From NCBI RefSeq assembly GCF_009914755.1, contig NC_060945.1: 64,000 nucleotides of DNA; one strand, written 5' to 3'. Position 1 is the stretch's first letter, and each line of letters opens with the position of its first letter. Both the position numbers and the translations under genes were made by a program. The notes under the pieces are model-generated. The model did no database searches, was not told where the DNA came from, and saw nothing but the letters and a program-made list of their open reading frames with translations. Positions 28,601 through 43,900 of the stretch are shown piece by piece. The DNA is from the human T2T-CHM13v2.0 reference genome, Homo sapiens.

Positions 28601-31600
28601 TATTTTATACTGTACATGAAATATGAAAGTTCACAAACTATATATTATATGCTGTACATAAATTATCAAAGTACCCAAGGTATATATTCTATACTGTACA
28701 AAAAATATCAAATTACCCAAAGCTTGTATTATATACTGTACATAAAATATGAAAGTATATCAAATATATATTTTATTGTGTACATAAAATATCAAAGTAT
28801 ACCAGATATATATTCTATAGTGTACATAAAATAACAAAGTACACAAACTATACATTATATACTGTACATAAAATATGAAATTACATCAAATATATATTAG
28901 GTACATAAAATATGAAAGTACATCAAATATAGGTTATATACTGTACATAAAATATCAATGTACCCCAAATATATATTTTATACTATACATGAAATATCAA
29001 AGTTCACAAACCATATATTGTATACTGTACATAAAATATCAAAGTACCCAAGGTATATGTTCTATACTGTACAAAAAATATCAAAGTACCCAAAGCATGT
29101 ATTATATACTGTACATAAAATATGAAAGTACATCAAATATATATTTTATTCTGTACATAAAATATCAAAGTACACCAGATATATATTCTATAGTGTACAT
29201 AAAATAACAAAGTACACAAACTATAAATTATATACTGTACATAAAATATGAAATTACATCAAATATATATTAGGTACATAAAATATGAAAGTACATCAAA
29301 TATAGATTATATACTGTACATAAAATATCAATGTACCCCAAATATATATTTTATACTCTACATGAAATACCAAAGTTCAGAAACCATATATTATATACTG
29401 TACATAAAATATCAAAGTACCCAAGGTATATATTCTATACTGTACAAAAAATATCAAAGTACCCAAAGCATGTATTATATACTGTACATAAAATATGAAA
29501 GTACATCAAATATATATTTTATTCTGTACATAAAATATCAAAGTACACCAGATATATATTCTATAGTGTACATAAAATATCAAAGTACCCAAACTATACA
29601 TTATATACTGTACATAAAATATGAAATTACATCAAATATATATTATATTAGGTACATAAAATATGAAAGTACATCAAATATAGATTATATACTGTACATA
29701 AAATATCAAAGTACCCCAAATATATATTATATACTCTACATGAAATATCAAAGTTCACAAACTATATATTATATACTGTACATAAAATATCAAAGTACCC
29801 AAGGTATATATTCTATAATGTACAAAAAATATCAAAGTACCCAAAGCGTGTATTATATACTGTATATAAAATATGAAATTACATCAAATATATATTTTAT
29901 TCTGTACATAAAATATCAAAGTACACCAGATATATATTCTATAGTGTACATAAAATATCAAAGTACCCAAACTCTACATTATATACTGTACATAAAATAT
30001 GAAATTACATCAAATATATATTATATTAGGTACATAAAATATGAAAGTACATCAAATATAGATTATATACTGTACATTAAATACCAAAGTACCCCAAATA
30101 TATATTTTATACTGTACATGAAATATCAAAGTTCACAAACTATATATTATATACTGTACATAAAATATCAAAGTACCCAAGGTATATATTCTATACTGTA
30201 CAAAAAATATCAAAGTACCCAAAGCATGTATTATATACTGTATGTAAAATATGAAAGTACATCAAATATATATTTTATTGTGTACATAAAATATCAAAGT
30301 ACACCAGATATGTATTCTATAGTGTACATAAAATATCAAATTACCCAAACTATACATTATATACTGTACAGAAAATATGAAATTACAGCAAATATATATT
30401 ATATTAGGTACATAAAATATGAAAGTACATCAAATATAGATTATATACTGTACATTAAATACAAAAGTACCCCAAATATATATTTTATACTGTACATGAA
30501 ATATCAAAGTTCACAAACTATATATTATATACTGTACATAAAATATCAAAGTACACAAGGTATATATTCTATACTGTACAAAAAATATCAAAGTACCCAA
30601 AGCATGTATTATAAACTGTACATAAAATATGAAAGTACATCAAATATATATTTTATTCTGTACATAATATATCAAAGTACACCAGATATATATTCTATAG
30701 TGTACATAAAATAACAAAGTACAAAAACTATAAATTATATACTGTACATAAAATATGAAATTACATCAAATATATATTAGGTACATAAAATATGAAAGTA
30801 CATCAAATATAGATTATATACTGTACATAAAATTTCAATGTACCCCAAATATATATTTTATACTCTACATGAAATATCAAAGTTCTCAAACCATATATTA
30901 TATACTGTACATATAATATCAAAGTACCCAAGGTATATATTCTATACTATACAAAAAATATCAAAGTACCCAAAGCATGTATTATATACTGTACCTAAAA
31001 TATGAAAGTACATCAAATATATATTTTATTCTGTACATAAAATATCAAAGTACACCAGATATATATTCTATAGTGTACACAAAATATCAAAGTACCCAAA
31101 CTATACATTATATACAGTACATAAAATATGAAATTACATCAAATATATTTTATATTAGGTACATAAAATATGAAAGTACATCAAATATAGATTATACACT
31201 GTACATTAAATACCAAAGTACCCCAAATATATATTTTATACTGTACATGAAATATCAAACTTCACAAATTATATATTATATAGTGTACATATAATATCAA
31301 AGTACCCAAGGTATATATTCTATACTGTACAAAAAATAACAAAGTACCAAAAGCATCTATAATATACTGTACATAAAATATGAAAGTACATCAAATATAT
31401 ATTTTATTGTGTACATAAAATATCAAAGTACACCAGATATATATTCTATAGTGTACATAAAATATCAAAGTACCCAAACTATACATTATATACTGTAAAT
31501 AAAATATGAAATTACAACAAATATATTTTACATTAGGTACATAAATTATGAAAGTACATCAAATATAGATTATATACTGTACATTAAATACCAAAGTACC

Positions 31601-34600
31601 CCAAATATATATTTTATACTGTACATGAAATATCAAAGTTCACAAACCATATATTATATACTGTACATAAATTATCAAAGTACCCAAGGTATATATTCTA
31701 TACTGTACAAAAAATATCAAAGTACCCAAAGCATGTATTATATACTGTACTTAAATATGAAAGTACATCAAATATATATTTTATTCTGTACATAAAATAT
31801 CAAAGTACACAAGATATATATTCTATAGTGTAAATAAAATATCACAGTACCCAAACTATACATTAAATACTGTAAATATATTATGAAATTACATCAAATA
31901 TATTTTATATTTGGAACATAAAATATGAAAGTACATCAAATATAGATTATATACTGTACATTAAATACCAAAGTACCCCAAATATATATTTTATACTGTA
32001 CATGAAATATGAAAGTTCACAAACTATATATTATATGCTGTACATAAATTATCAAAGTACCCAAGGTATATATTCTATACTGTACAAAAAATATCAAATT
32101 ACCCAAAGCTTGTATTATATACTGTACATAAAATATGAAAGTATATCAAATATATATTTTATTGTGTACATAAAATATCAAAGTACACCAGATATATATT
32201 CTATAGTGTACATAAAATAACAAAGTACACAAACTATACATTATATACTGTACATAAAATATGAAATTACATCAAATATATATTAGGTACATAAAATATG
32301 AAAGTACATCAAATATAGGTTATATACTGTACATAAAATATCAATGTACCCCAAATATATATTTTATACTATACATGAAATATCAAAGTTCACAAACCAT
32401 ATATTGTATACTGTACATAAAATATCAAAGTACCCAAGGTATATGTTCTATACTGTACAAAAAATATCAAAGTACCCAAAGCATGTATTATATACTGTAC
32501 ATAAAATATGAAAGTACATCAAATATATATTTTATTCTGTACATAAAATATCAAAGTACACCAGATATATATTCTATAGTGTACATAAAATAACAAAGTA
32601 CACAAACTATAAATTATATACTGTACATAAAATATGAAATTACATCAAATATATATTAGGTACATAAAATATGAAAGTACATCAAATATAGATTATATAC
32701 TGTACATAAAATATCAATGTACCCCAAATATATATTTTATACTCTACATGAAATACCAAAGTTCAGAAACCATATATTATATACTGTACATAAAATATCA
32801 AAGTACCCAAGGTATATATTCTATACTGTACAAAAAATATCAAAGTACCCAAAGCATGTATTATATACTGTACATAAAATATGAAAGTACATCAAATATA
32901 TATTTTATTCTGTACATAAAATATCAAAGTACACCAGATATATATTCTATAGTGTACATAAAATATCAAAGTACCCAAACTATACATTATATACTGTACA
33001 TAAAATATGAAATTACATCAAATATATATTATATTAGGTACATAAAATATGAAAGTACATCAAATATAGATTATATACTGTACATAAAATATCAAAGTAC
33101 CCCAAATATATATTATATACTCTACATGAAATATCAAAGTTCACAAACTATATATTATATACTGTACATAAAATATCAAAGTACCCAAGGTATATATTCT
33201 ATAATGTACAAAAAATATCAAAGTACCCAAAGCGTGTATTATATACTGTATATAAAATATGAAATTACATCAAATATATATTTTATTCTGTACATAAAAT
33301 ATCAAAGTACACCAGATATATATTCTATAGTGTACATAAAATATCAAAGTACCCAAACTCTACATTATATACTGTACATAAAATATGAAATTACATCAAA
33401 TATATATTATATTAGGTACATAAAATATGAAAGTACATCAAATATAGATTATATACTGTACATTAAATACCAAAGTACCCCAAATATATATTTTATACTG
33501 TACATGAAATATCAAAGTTCACAAACTATATATTATATACTGTACATAAAATATCAAAGTACCCAAGGTATATATTCTATACTGTACAAAAAATATCAAA
33601 GTACCCAAAGCATGTATTATATACTGTACCAAAAATATGAAAGTACATCAAATATATATTTTATTCTATACATAAAATATCAAAGTACACCAGATATATA
33701 TTCTATAGTGTACATAAAATATCAAAGTACCCAAAGTATACATTATATACTGTACATAAAATATGAAATTACATCAAATATATATTATATTAGGTACATA
33801 AAATATGAAAGTACATCAAATATAGATTATACACTGTACATAAAATATCAAAGTACCCCAAATATATATTATATACTCTACATGAAATATCAAACTTCAC
33901 AAACAATATATTATATACTGTACATAAAATAAAGTCCCCAAGGTATATATTCTATACTGTAGAAAAAATATCAAAGTACCCAAAGCATGTATTATATACT
34001 GTATATAAAATATGAAAGTACATCAAATATATATTTTATTCTGTACATAATATATCAAAGTACACCAGATATATATTCTATAGTGTACATAAAATAACAA
34101 AGTACAAAAACTATAAATTATATACTGTAGATAAAATATGAAATTACATCAAATATATATTAGGTACATAAAATATGAAAGTACATCAAATATAGATTAT
34201 ATACTGTACATAAAATTTCAATGTACCCCAAAAATATATTTTATACTCTACATGAAATATCAAAGTTCTCAAACCATATATTATATACTGTACATATAAT
34301 ATCAAAGTACCCAAGGTATATATTCTATACTATACAAAAAATATCAAAGTACCCAAAGCATGTATTATATACTGTACCTAAAATATGAAAGTACATCAAA
34401 TATATATTTTATTCTGTACATAAAATATCAAAGTACACCAGATATATATTCTATAGTGTACACAAAATATCAAAGTACCCAAACTATACATTATATACAG
34501 TACATAAAATATGAAATTACATCAAATATATTTTATATTAGGTACATAAAATATGAAAGTACATCAAATATAGATTATACACTGTACATTAAATACCAAA

Positions 34601-34900
34601 GTACCCCAAATATATATTTTATACTGTACATGAAATATCAAACTTCACAAATTATATATTATATAGTGTACATATAATATCAAAGTACCCAAGGTATATA
34701 TTCTATACTATACAAAAAATAACAAAGTACCAAAAGCATCTATAATATACTGTACATAAAATATGAAAGGACATCAAATATATATTTTATTGTGTACATA
34801 AAATATCAAAGTACACCAGATATATATTCTATAGTGTACATAAAATATCAAAGTACCCAAACTATACATTATATACTGTAAATAAAATATGAAATTACAT
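24700..34900. repeat. About three tandem copies of a 3383/3386-bp super-unit (nine 9-mers, 81 monomers)
   Basis: Matching ORF starts fall at 25492/28875/32261, 25865/29248/32634 and 27591/30977/34360, and also at 28616/32002. The ATATCACAGT cassette lies at ~25060/28443/31829. Confidence 0.9.
25492..25864. repeat. Representative 373-bp variant 9-mer (G monomer with 5-bp deletion)
   Basis: G reads AAATATATATTAGGTAC instead of AAATATATATTATATTAGGTAC. The frameshift produces the MKLHQIYIRY ORF starts, spaced 373 bp at 16363/16736, 25492/25865, 28875/29248, 32261/32634, 51024/51397 and 53654/54027. Confidence 0.92.
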
Positions 34901-34999
34901 CAAATATATTTTATATTAGGTACATAAAATATGAAAGTACATCAAATATAGATTATATACTGTACATTAAATACCAAAGTACCCCAAATATATATTTTA

Positions 35000-37900
35000 T
35001 ACTGTACATGAAATATCAAAGTTCACAAACCATATATTATATACTGTACATAAATTATCAAAGTACCCAAGGTATATATTCTATACTGTACAAAAAATAT
35101 CAAAGTACCCAAAGCATGTATTATATACAGTACATAAAATATGAAAGTACATCAAATATATATTTTATTCTGTACATAAAATATCAAAGAACACCAGATA
35201 TATATTCTATAGTGTACATAAAATAACAAAGTACACAAACTATAAATTATATACTGTACATAAAATATGAAATTACATCAAATATATATTAGGTACATAA
35301 AATATGAAAGTACATCAAATATAGATTATATACTGTACATAAAATATCAATGTACCCCAAATATATATTTTATACTCTACATGAAATACCAAAGTTCACA
35401 AACCATATATCATATACTGTACATAAAATATCAAAGTACCCAAGGTATATATTCTATACTGTACAAAAAATATCAAAGTACCCAAAGCATGTATTATATA
35501 CTGTACCTAAAATATGAAAGTACATCAAATATATATTTTATTCTGTACATAAAATATCAAAGTAAACCAGATATATATTCTATAGTGTACATAAAATATC
35601 AAAGTACCCAAACTATACATTATATACTGTACATAAAATATGAGATTACATCAAATATATATTATATTAGGTACATAAAATATGAAAGTACATCAAATAT
35701 AGATTATACACTGTACATAAAATATCAAAGTACCCCAAATATATATTATATACTCTACATGAAATATCAAAGTTCACAAACTATATATTATATACTGTAC
35801 ATAAAATAAAGTCCCCAAGGTAAATATTCTATACTGTAGAAAAAATATCAAAATACCCAAAGCATGTATTATATACTGTATATAAAATATGAAAGTACAT
35901 CAAATGTATATTTTATTCTGTACATAATATATCAAAGTACACCAGATATATATTCTATAGTGTACATAAAATAACAAAGTACAAAAACTATAAATTATAT
36001 ACTGTACATAAAATATGAAATTACATCAAATATATATTAGGTACATAAAATATGAAAGTACATCAAATATAGATTATATACTGTACATAAAATTTCAATG
36101 TACCCCAAATATATATTTTATACTCTACATGAAATATCAAAGTTCACAAACCATATATTATATACTGTACATAAAATATCAAAGTACCCAAGGTATATAT
36201 TCTATACTATACAAAAAATATCAAAGTACCCAAAGCATGTATTATATACTGTACCTAAAATATGAAAGTACATCAAATATATATTTTATTCTGTACATAA
36301 AATATCAAAGTACACCAGATATATATTCTATAGTGTACATAAAATATCAAAGTACCCAAACTATACATTATATACTGTACATAAAATATGAAATTACATC
36401 CAATATATTTTATATTAGGTACATAAAATATGAAAGTACATCAAATATAGATTATATACTGTACATTAAATACCAAAGTACCCCAAATATATATTTTATA
36501 CTGTACATGAAATATCAAAGTTCACAAACTATATATTATATACTGTACATATAATATCAAAGTACCCAAGGTATATATTCTATACTGTACAAAAAATAAC
36601 AAAGTACCAAAAGCATGTATAATATACTGTACATAAAATATGAAAGTACATCAAATATATATTTTATTCTGTACATAAAATATCAAAGTACAACAGATAT
36701 ATATTCTATACTGTACATAAAATATCAAAGTACCCAAACTATACATTATATACTGTAAATAAAATATGAAATTACATCAAATATATTTTATATTAGGTAC
36801 ATAAAATATGAAAGTACATCAAATATAGATTATATACTGTACATTAAATACCAAAGTACCCCAAATATATATTTTATACTGTACATGAAATATCAAAGTT
36901 CACAAACTATATATTATATACTGTACATAAATTATCAAAGTACCCAAGGTGTATATTCTATACTGTACAAAAAATATCAAAGTACCCAAAGCATGTATTA
37001 TATACTGTACATAAAATATGAAAGTACATCAAATATATATTTTATTCTGTACATAATATATCAAAGTACACCAGATATATATTCTATAGTGTACATAAAA
37101 TAACAAAGTACACAAACTATACATTATATACTGTACATAAAATATGAAATTACATCAAATATATATTAGATACATAAAATATGAAAGTACATCAAATATA
37201 GATTATATACTGTACATAAAATATCAATGTACCCCAAATATATATTTTATACTATACATGAAATATCAAAGTTCACAAACCATATATTGTGTACTGTACA
37301 TAAAATATCAAAGTACCCAAGGTATATGTTCTATACTGTACAAAAAATATCAAAGTACCCAAAGCATGTATTATATACTGTACATAAAATATGAAGGTAC
37401 ATCAAATATATATTTTATTCCGTTCATAAAATATCAAAGTACACCAGATATATATTCTATAGTGTACATAAAATATCAAAGTACACAAACTATACATTAT
37501 ATACTCTACATAAAATATGAAATTACATCAAATATATATTATATTAGGTACATAAAATATGAAAGTACATCAAATATAGATTATATACTGTACATTAAAT
37601 ACCAAAGTACCCCAAATATATATTTTATACTGTACATGAAATATCAAAGTTCACAAACTATATATTACATACTGTACATAAAATATCAAAGTACCCAAGG
37701 TATATATTCTATACTGTACAAAAAATATCAAAGTACCCAAAGCATGTATTATATACTGTACATAAAATATGAAATTACATCAAATATATATTTTATTCTG
37801 TACATAAAATATCAAAGTACACCAGATATATATTCTATAGTGTACATAAAATATCAAAGTACCCAAACTATACATTATATACTGTACATAAAATATGAAA

Positions 37901-40900
37901 TTACATCAAATATTTATTATATTAGGTACATAAAATATGAAAGTACATCAAAGATAGATTATATACTGTACATTAAATACCAAAGTACCCCAAATATATA
38001 TTTTATACTGTACATGAAATATCAAAGTTCACAAACTATATATTATATACTGTACATAAAATATCAAAGTACCCAAGGTATATATTCTATACTGTACAAA
38101 AAATATCAAAGTACCCAAAGTATGTATTATATACTGTACCTAAAATATGAAAGTACATCAAATATATATTTTATTCTGTACATAAAATATCAAAGTACAC
38201 CAGATATATATTCTATAGTGTACATAAAATATCAAAGTACCCAAACTATACATTATATACTGTACATAAAATATGAAATTACATCAAATATATATTATAT
38301 TAGGTACATAAAATATGAAAGTACATCAAGTATAGATTATACACTGTACATAAAATATCAAAGTACCCCAAATATATATTATATACTCTACATGAAATAT
38401 CAAAGTTCACAAACTATATATTATCTACTGTACATAAAATATCAAAGTACCCAAGGTATATATTCTATACTGTAGAAAAAATATCAAAGTACCCAAAGAA
38501 TGTATTATATACTGTACATAAAATATGAAATTACATCAAATATATATTTTATTCTGTACATAAAATATCAAAGTACACCAGATATATATTCTATAGTGTA
38601 CATAAAATATCAAAGTACCCAAACTATACATTATATACTGTACATAAAATATGAAATTACATCAAATATTTATTATATTAGGTACATAAAATATGAAAGT
38701 ACATCAAATATAGATTATATACTGTACATTAAATACCAAAGTACCCCAAATATATATTTTATACTGTACATGAAATATCAAAGTTCACAAACTATATATT
38801 ATATACTGTACATAAAATATCAAAGTACCCAAGGTATATATTCTATACTGTACAAAAAATATCAAAGTACCCAAAGCATGTATTATATACTGTACCTAAA
38901 ATATGAAAGTACATCAAATATATATTTTATTCTGTACATAAAATATCAAAGTACACCAGATATATATTCTATAGTGTACATAAAATATCAATGTACCCAA
39001 ACAATACATTATATACTGTACATAAAATATGAAATTACATCAAATATATTTTATATTAGGTACATAAAATATGAAAGTACATCAAATATAGATTATACAC
39101 TGTACATAAAATATCAAAGTACCCCAAATATATATTATATACTCTACATGAAATATCAAAGTTCACAAACTATATATTATATACTGTACATAAAATAAAG
39201 TCCCCAAGGTATATATTCTATACTGTAGAAAAAATATCAAAGTACCCAAAGCATGTATTATATACTGTATATAAAATATGAAAGTACATCAAATATATAT
39301 TTTATTCTGTACATAATATATCAAAGTACACCAGATATATATTCTATAGTGTACATAAAATATCAAAGTACCCAAACTATACATTATATACTGTACATAA
39401 AATATGAAATTACATCAAATATATATTATATTAGGTACATAAAATATGAAAGTACATCAAATATAGATTATATACTGTACATTAAATACCAAAGTACCCC
39501 AAATATATACTTTATACTGTACATGAAATATCAAAGTTCACAAACTATATATTATATACTGTACATAAAATATCAAAGTACCCAAGGTATATATTCTATA
39601 CTGTACAAAAAATATCAAAGTACCCAAAGCATGTATTATATACTGTACCTAAAATATGAAAGTACATCAAATATATATTTTATTCTGTACATAAAATATC
39701 AAAGTACACCAGATATATATTCTATAGTGTACATAAAATATCAAAGTACCCAAACTATACATTATATACTGTACATAAAATATGAAATTACATCAAATAT
39801 ATATTATATTAGGTACATAAAATATGAAAGTACATCAAATATAGATTATACACTGTACATAAAATATCAAAGTACCCCAAATATATATTATATACTCTAC
39901 ATGAAATATCAAAGTTCACAAACTATATATTATATACTGTACATAAAATAAAGTCCCCAAGGTATATATTCTATACTGTAGAAAAAATATCAAAGTACCC
40001 AAAGCATGTATTATATACTGTATATAAAATATGAAAGTACATCAAATATATATTTTATTCTGTACATAATATATCAAAGTACACCAGATATATATTCTAT
40101 AGTGTACATAAAATAACAAAGTACAAAAACTATAAATTTTATACTGTACATAAAATATGAAATTACATCAAATATATATTAGGTACATAAAATATGAAAG
40201 TACATCAAATATAGATTATATACTGTACATAAAATTTCAATGTACCCCAAATATATATTTTATACTCGACATGAAATATCAAAGTTCACAAACCATATAA
40301 TATATACTGTACATAAAATATCAAAGTACCCAAGGTATATATTCTATAATGTACAAAAAATATCAAAGTACCCAAAGCATGTATTATATACTGTACATAA
40401 AATATGAAATTACATCAAATATATATTTTATTCTGTACATAAAATATCAAAGTACACCAGATATATATTCTATAGTGTACATAAAATATCAAAGTACCCA
40501 AACTATACATTATATACTGTACATAAAATATGAAATTACATCAAATATTTATTATATTAGGTACATAAAATATGAAAGTACATCAAATATAGATTATATA
40601 CTGTACATTAAATACCAAAGTAACCCAAATATATATTTTATACTGTACATGAAATATCAAAGTTCACAAACTATATATTATATACTGTACATAAAATATC
40701 AAAGTACCCAAGGTATATATTCTATACTGTACAAAAAATATCAAAGTACCCAAAGCATGTATTATATACTGTACCTAAAATATGAAAGTACATCAAATAT
40801 ATATTTTATTCTGTATATAAAATATCAAAGTACACCAGATATATATTCTATAGTGTACATAAAATATCAAAGTACCCAAACTATACATTATATACTGTAC

Positions 40901-43900
40901 ATAAAATATGAAATTACATCAAATATATATTATATTAGGTACATAAAATATGAAAGTACATCAAATATAGATTATACACTGTACATAAAATATCAAAGTA
41001 CCCCAAATATATATTATATACTATACATGAAATATCAAAGTTCACAAACTATATATTATATACTGTACATAAAATATCAAAGTACCCAAGGTATATATTC
41101 TATACTGTAGAAAAAATATCAAAGTACCCAAAGCATGTATTATATACTGTACATAAAATATGAAATTACATCAAATATATATATTATTCTGTACATAAAA
41201 TATCAAAGTACACCAGATATATATTCTATAGTGTACATAAAATAACAAAGTACAAAAACTATAAATTATATACTGTACATAAAATATGAAATTACATCAA
41301 ATATATATTAGGTACATAAAATATGAAAGTACATCAAATATAGATTATATACTATACATAAAATTTCAATGTACCCCAAATATATATTTTATACTCTACA
41401 TGAAATATCAAAGTTCACAAACCATATATTATATACTGTACATAAAATATCAAAATACCCAAGGTATATATTCTATAATGTACAAAAAATATCAAAGTAC
41501 CCAAAGCGTGTATTATATACTGTATATAAAATATGAAATTACATCAAATATATATTTTATTCTGTACATAAAATATCAAAGTACACCAGATATATATTCT
41601 ATAGTGTACATAAAATATCAAAGTACCCAAACTATACATTATATACTGTACATAAAATATGAAATTACATCAAATATTTATTATATTAGGTACATAAAAT
41701 ATGAAAGTACATCAAATATAGATTATATACTGTACATTAAATACCAAAGTACCCCAAATATATATTTTATACTGTACATGAAATATCAAAGTTCACAAAC
41801 TATATATTATATACTGTACATAAAATATCAAAGTACCCAAGGTATATATTCTATACTGTACAAAAAATATCAAAGTACCCAAAGCATGTATTATATACTG
41901 TACCTAAAATATGAAAGTACATCAAATATATATTTTATTCTGTACATAAAATATCAAAGTACACCAGATATATATTCTATAGTGTACATAAAATATCAAT
42001 GTACCCAAACTATACATTATATACTGTACATAAAATATGAAATTACATCAAATATATTTTATATTAGGTACATAAAATATGAAAGTACATCAAATATAGA
42101 TTATATACTGTACATTAAATACCAAAGTACCCCAAATATATATTTTATACTGTACATGAAATATCAAAGTTCACAAACTATATATTATATACTGTACATA
42201 TAATATCAAAGTACCCAAGGTATATATTCTATACTGTACAAAAAATAACAAAGTACCAAAAGCATGTATAATATACTGTACATAAAATATGAAAGTACAT
42301 CAAATATATATTTTATTCTGTACATAAAATATCAAAGTACACCAGATATATATTCTATAGTGTACATAAAATATCAAAGTACCCAAACTATACATTATAT
42401 ACTGTACATAAAATATGAAATTACATCAAATATATATTATATTATGTACATAAAATATGAAAGTACATCAAATATAGATTATATACTGTACATTAAATAC
42501 CAAAGTACCCCAAATATATATTTTATACTGTACATGAAATATCAAAGTTCACAAACTATATATTATATACTCTACATAAATTATCAAAGTACCCAAAGTA
42601 TATATTCTATACTGTACAAAAAATATCAAAGTACCCAAAGCATGTATTATATACTGTACATAAAATATGAAAGTACATCAAATATATATTTTATTCTGTA
42701 CATAATATATCAAAGTACACCAGATATATATTCTATAGTGTACATAAAATAACAAAGTACACAAACTACACATTATATACTGTACATAAAATATGAAATT
42801 ACATCAAATATATATTAGGTACATAAAATATGAAAGTACATCAAATATAGATTATATACTGTACATAAAATATCAATGTACCCCAAATATATATTTTATA
42901 CTATACATGAAATATCAAAGTTCACAAACCATATATTGTATACTGTACATAAAATATCAAAGTACCCAAGGTATATGTTCTATACTGTACAAAAAATATC
43001 AAAGTACCCAAAGCATGTATTATATACTGTACATAAAATATGAAAGTACATCAAATATATATTTTATTCCGTACATAAAATAGGAAAGTACACCAGATAT
43101 ATATTCTATAGAGTACATAAAATATCAAAGTACACAAACTATACATTATATACTGTACATAAAATATGAAATTACATCAAATATATATTATATAAGGTAC
43201 ATAAAATATGAAAGAATATCAAATATAGATTATATACAGTACATTAAATACCAAAGAAACCCAAATATATATTATATACTCTACATGAAATATCAAAGTT
43301 CACAAACTATATATTATATACTGTACATAAAATATCAAAGTACCCAAGGTATATATTCTATACTGTACAGAAAATATCAAAGTACCCAAAGCATGAATTA
43401 TATACTGTATATAAAATATGAAAGTACATCAAATATATATTTTATTCTGTACATAAAATATCAAAGTACACCAGATATATATTCTATAGTGTACATAAAA
43501 TAACAAAGTACAAAAACTATAAATTATATACTGTACATAAAATATGAAATTACATCAAATATATATTAGGTACATAAAATATGAAAGTACATCAAATATA
43601 GATTATATACTGTACATAAAATATCAATGTACCCCAAATATATATTTTATACTCGACATGAAATATCAAAGTTCACAAACCATATAATATATACTGTACA
43701 TAAAATATCAAAGTACCCAAGGTATATATTCTATAGTGTACAAAAAATATCAAAGTACCCAAAGCATGTATTATATACTGTACATAAAATATGAAAGTAC
43801 ATCAAATATATATTTTATTCTGTACATAAAATATCAAAGTACACCAGATATATATTCTATAGTGTACATAAAATATCAAAGTACCCAAACTATACATTAT

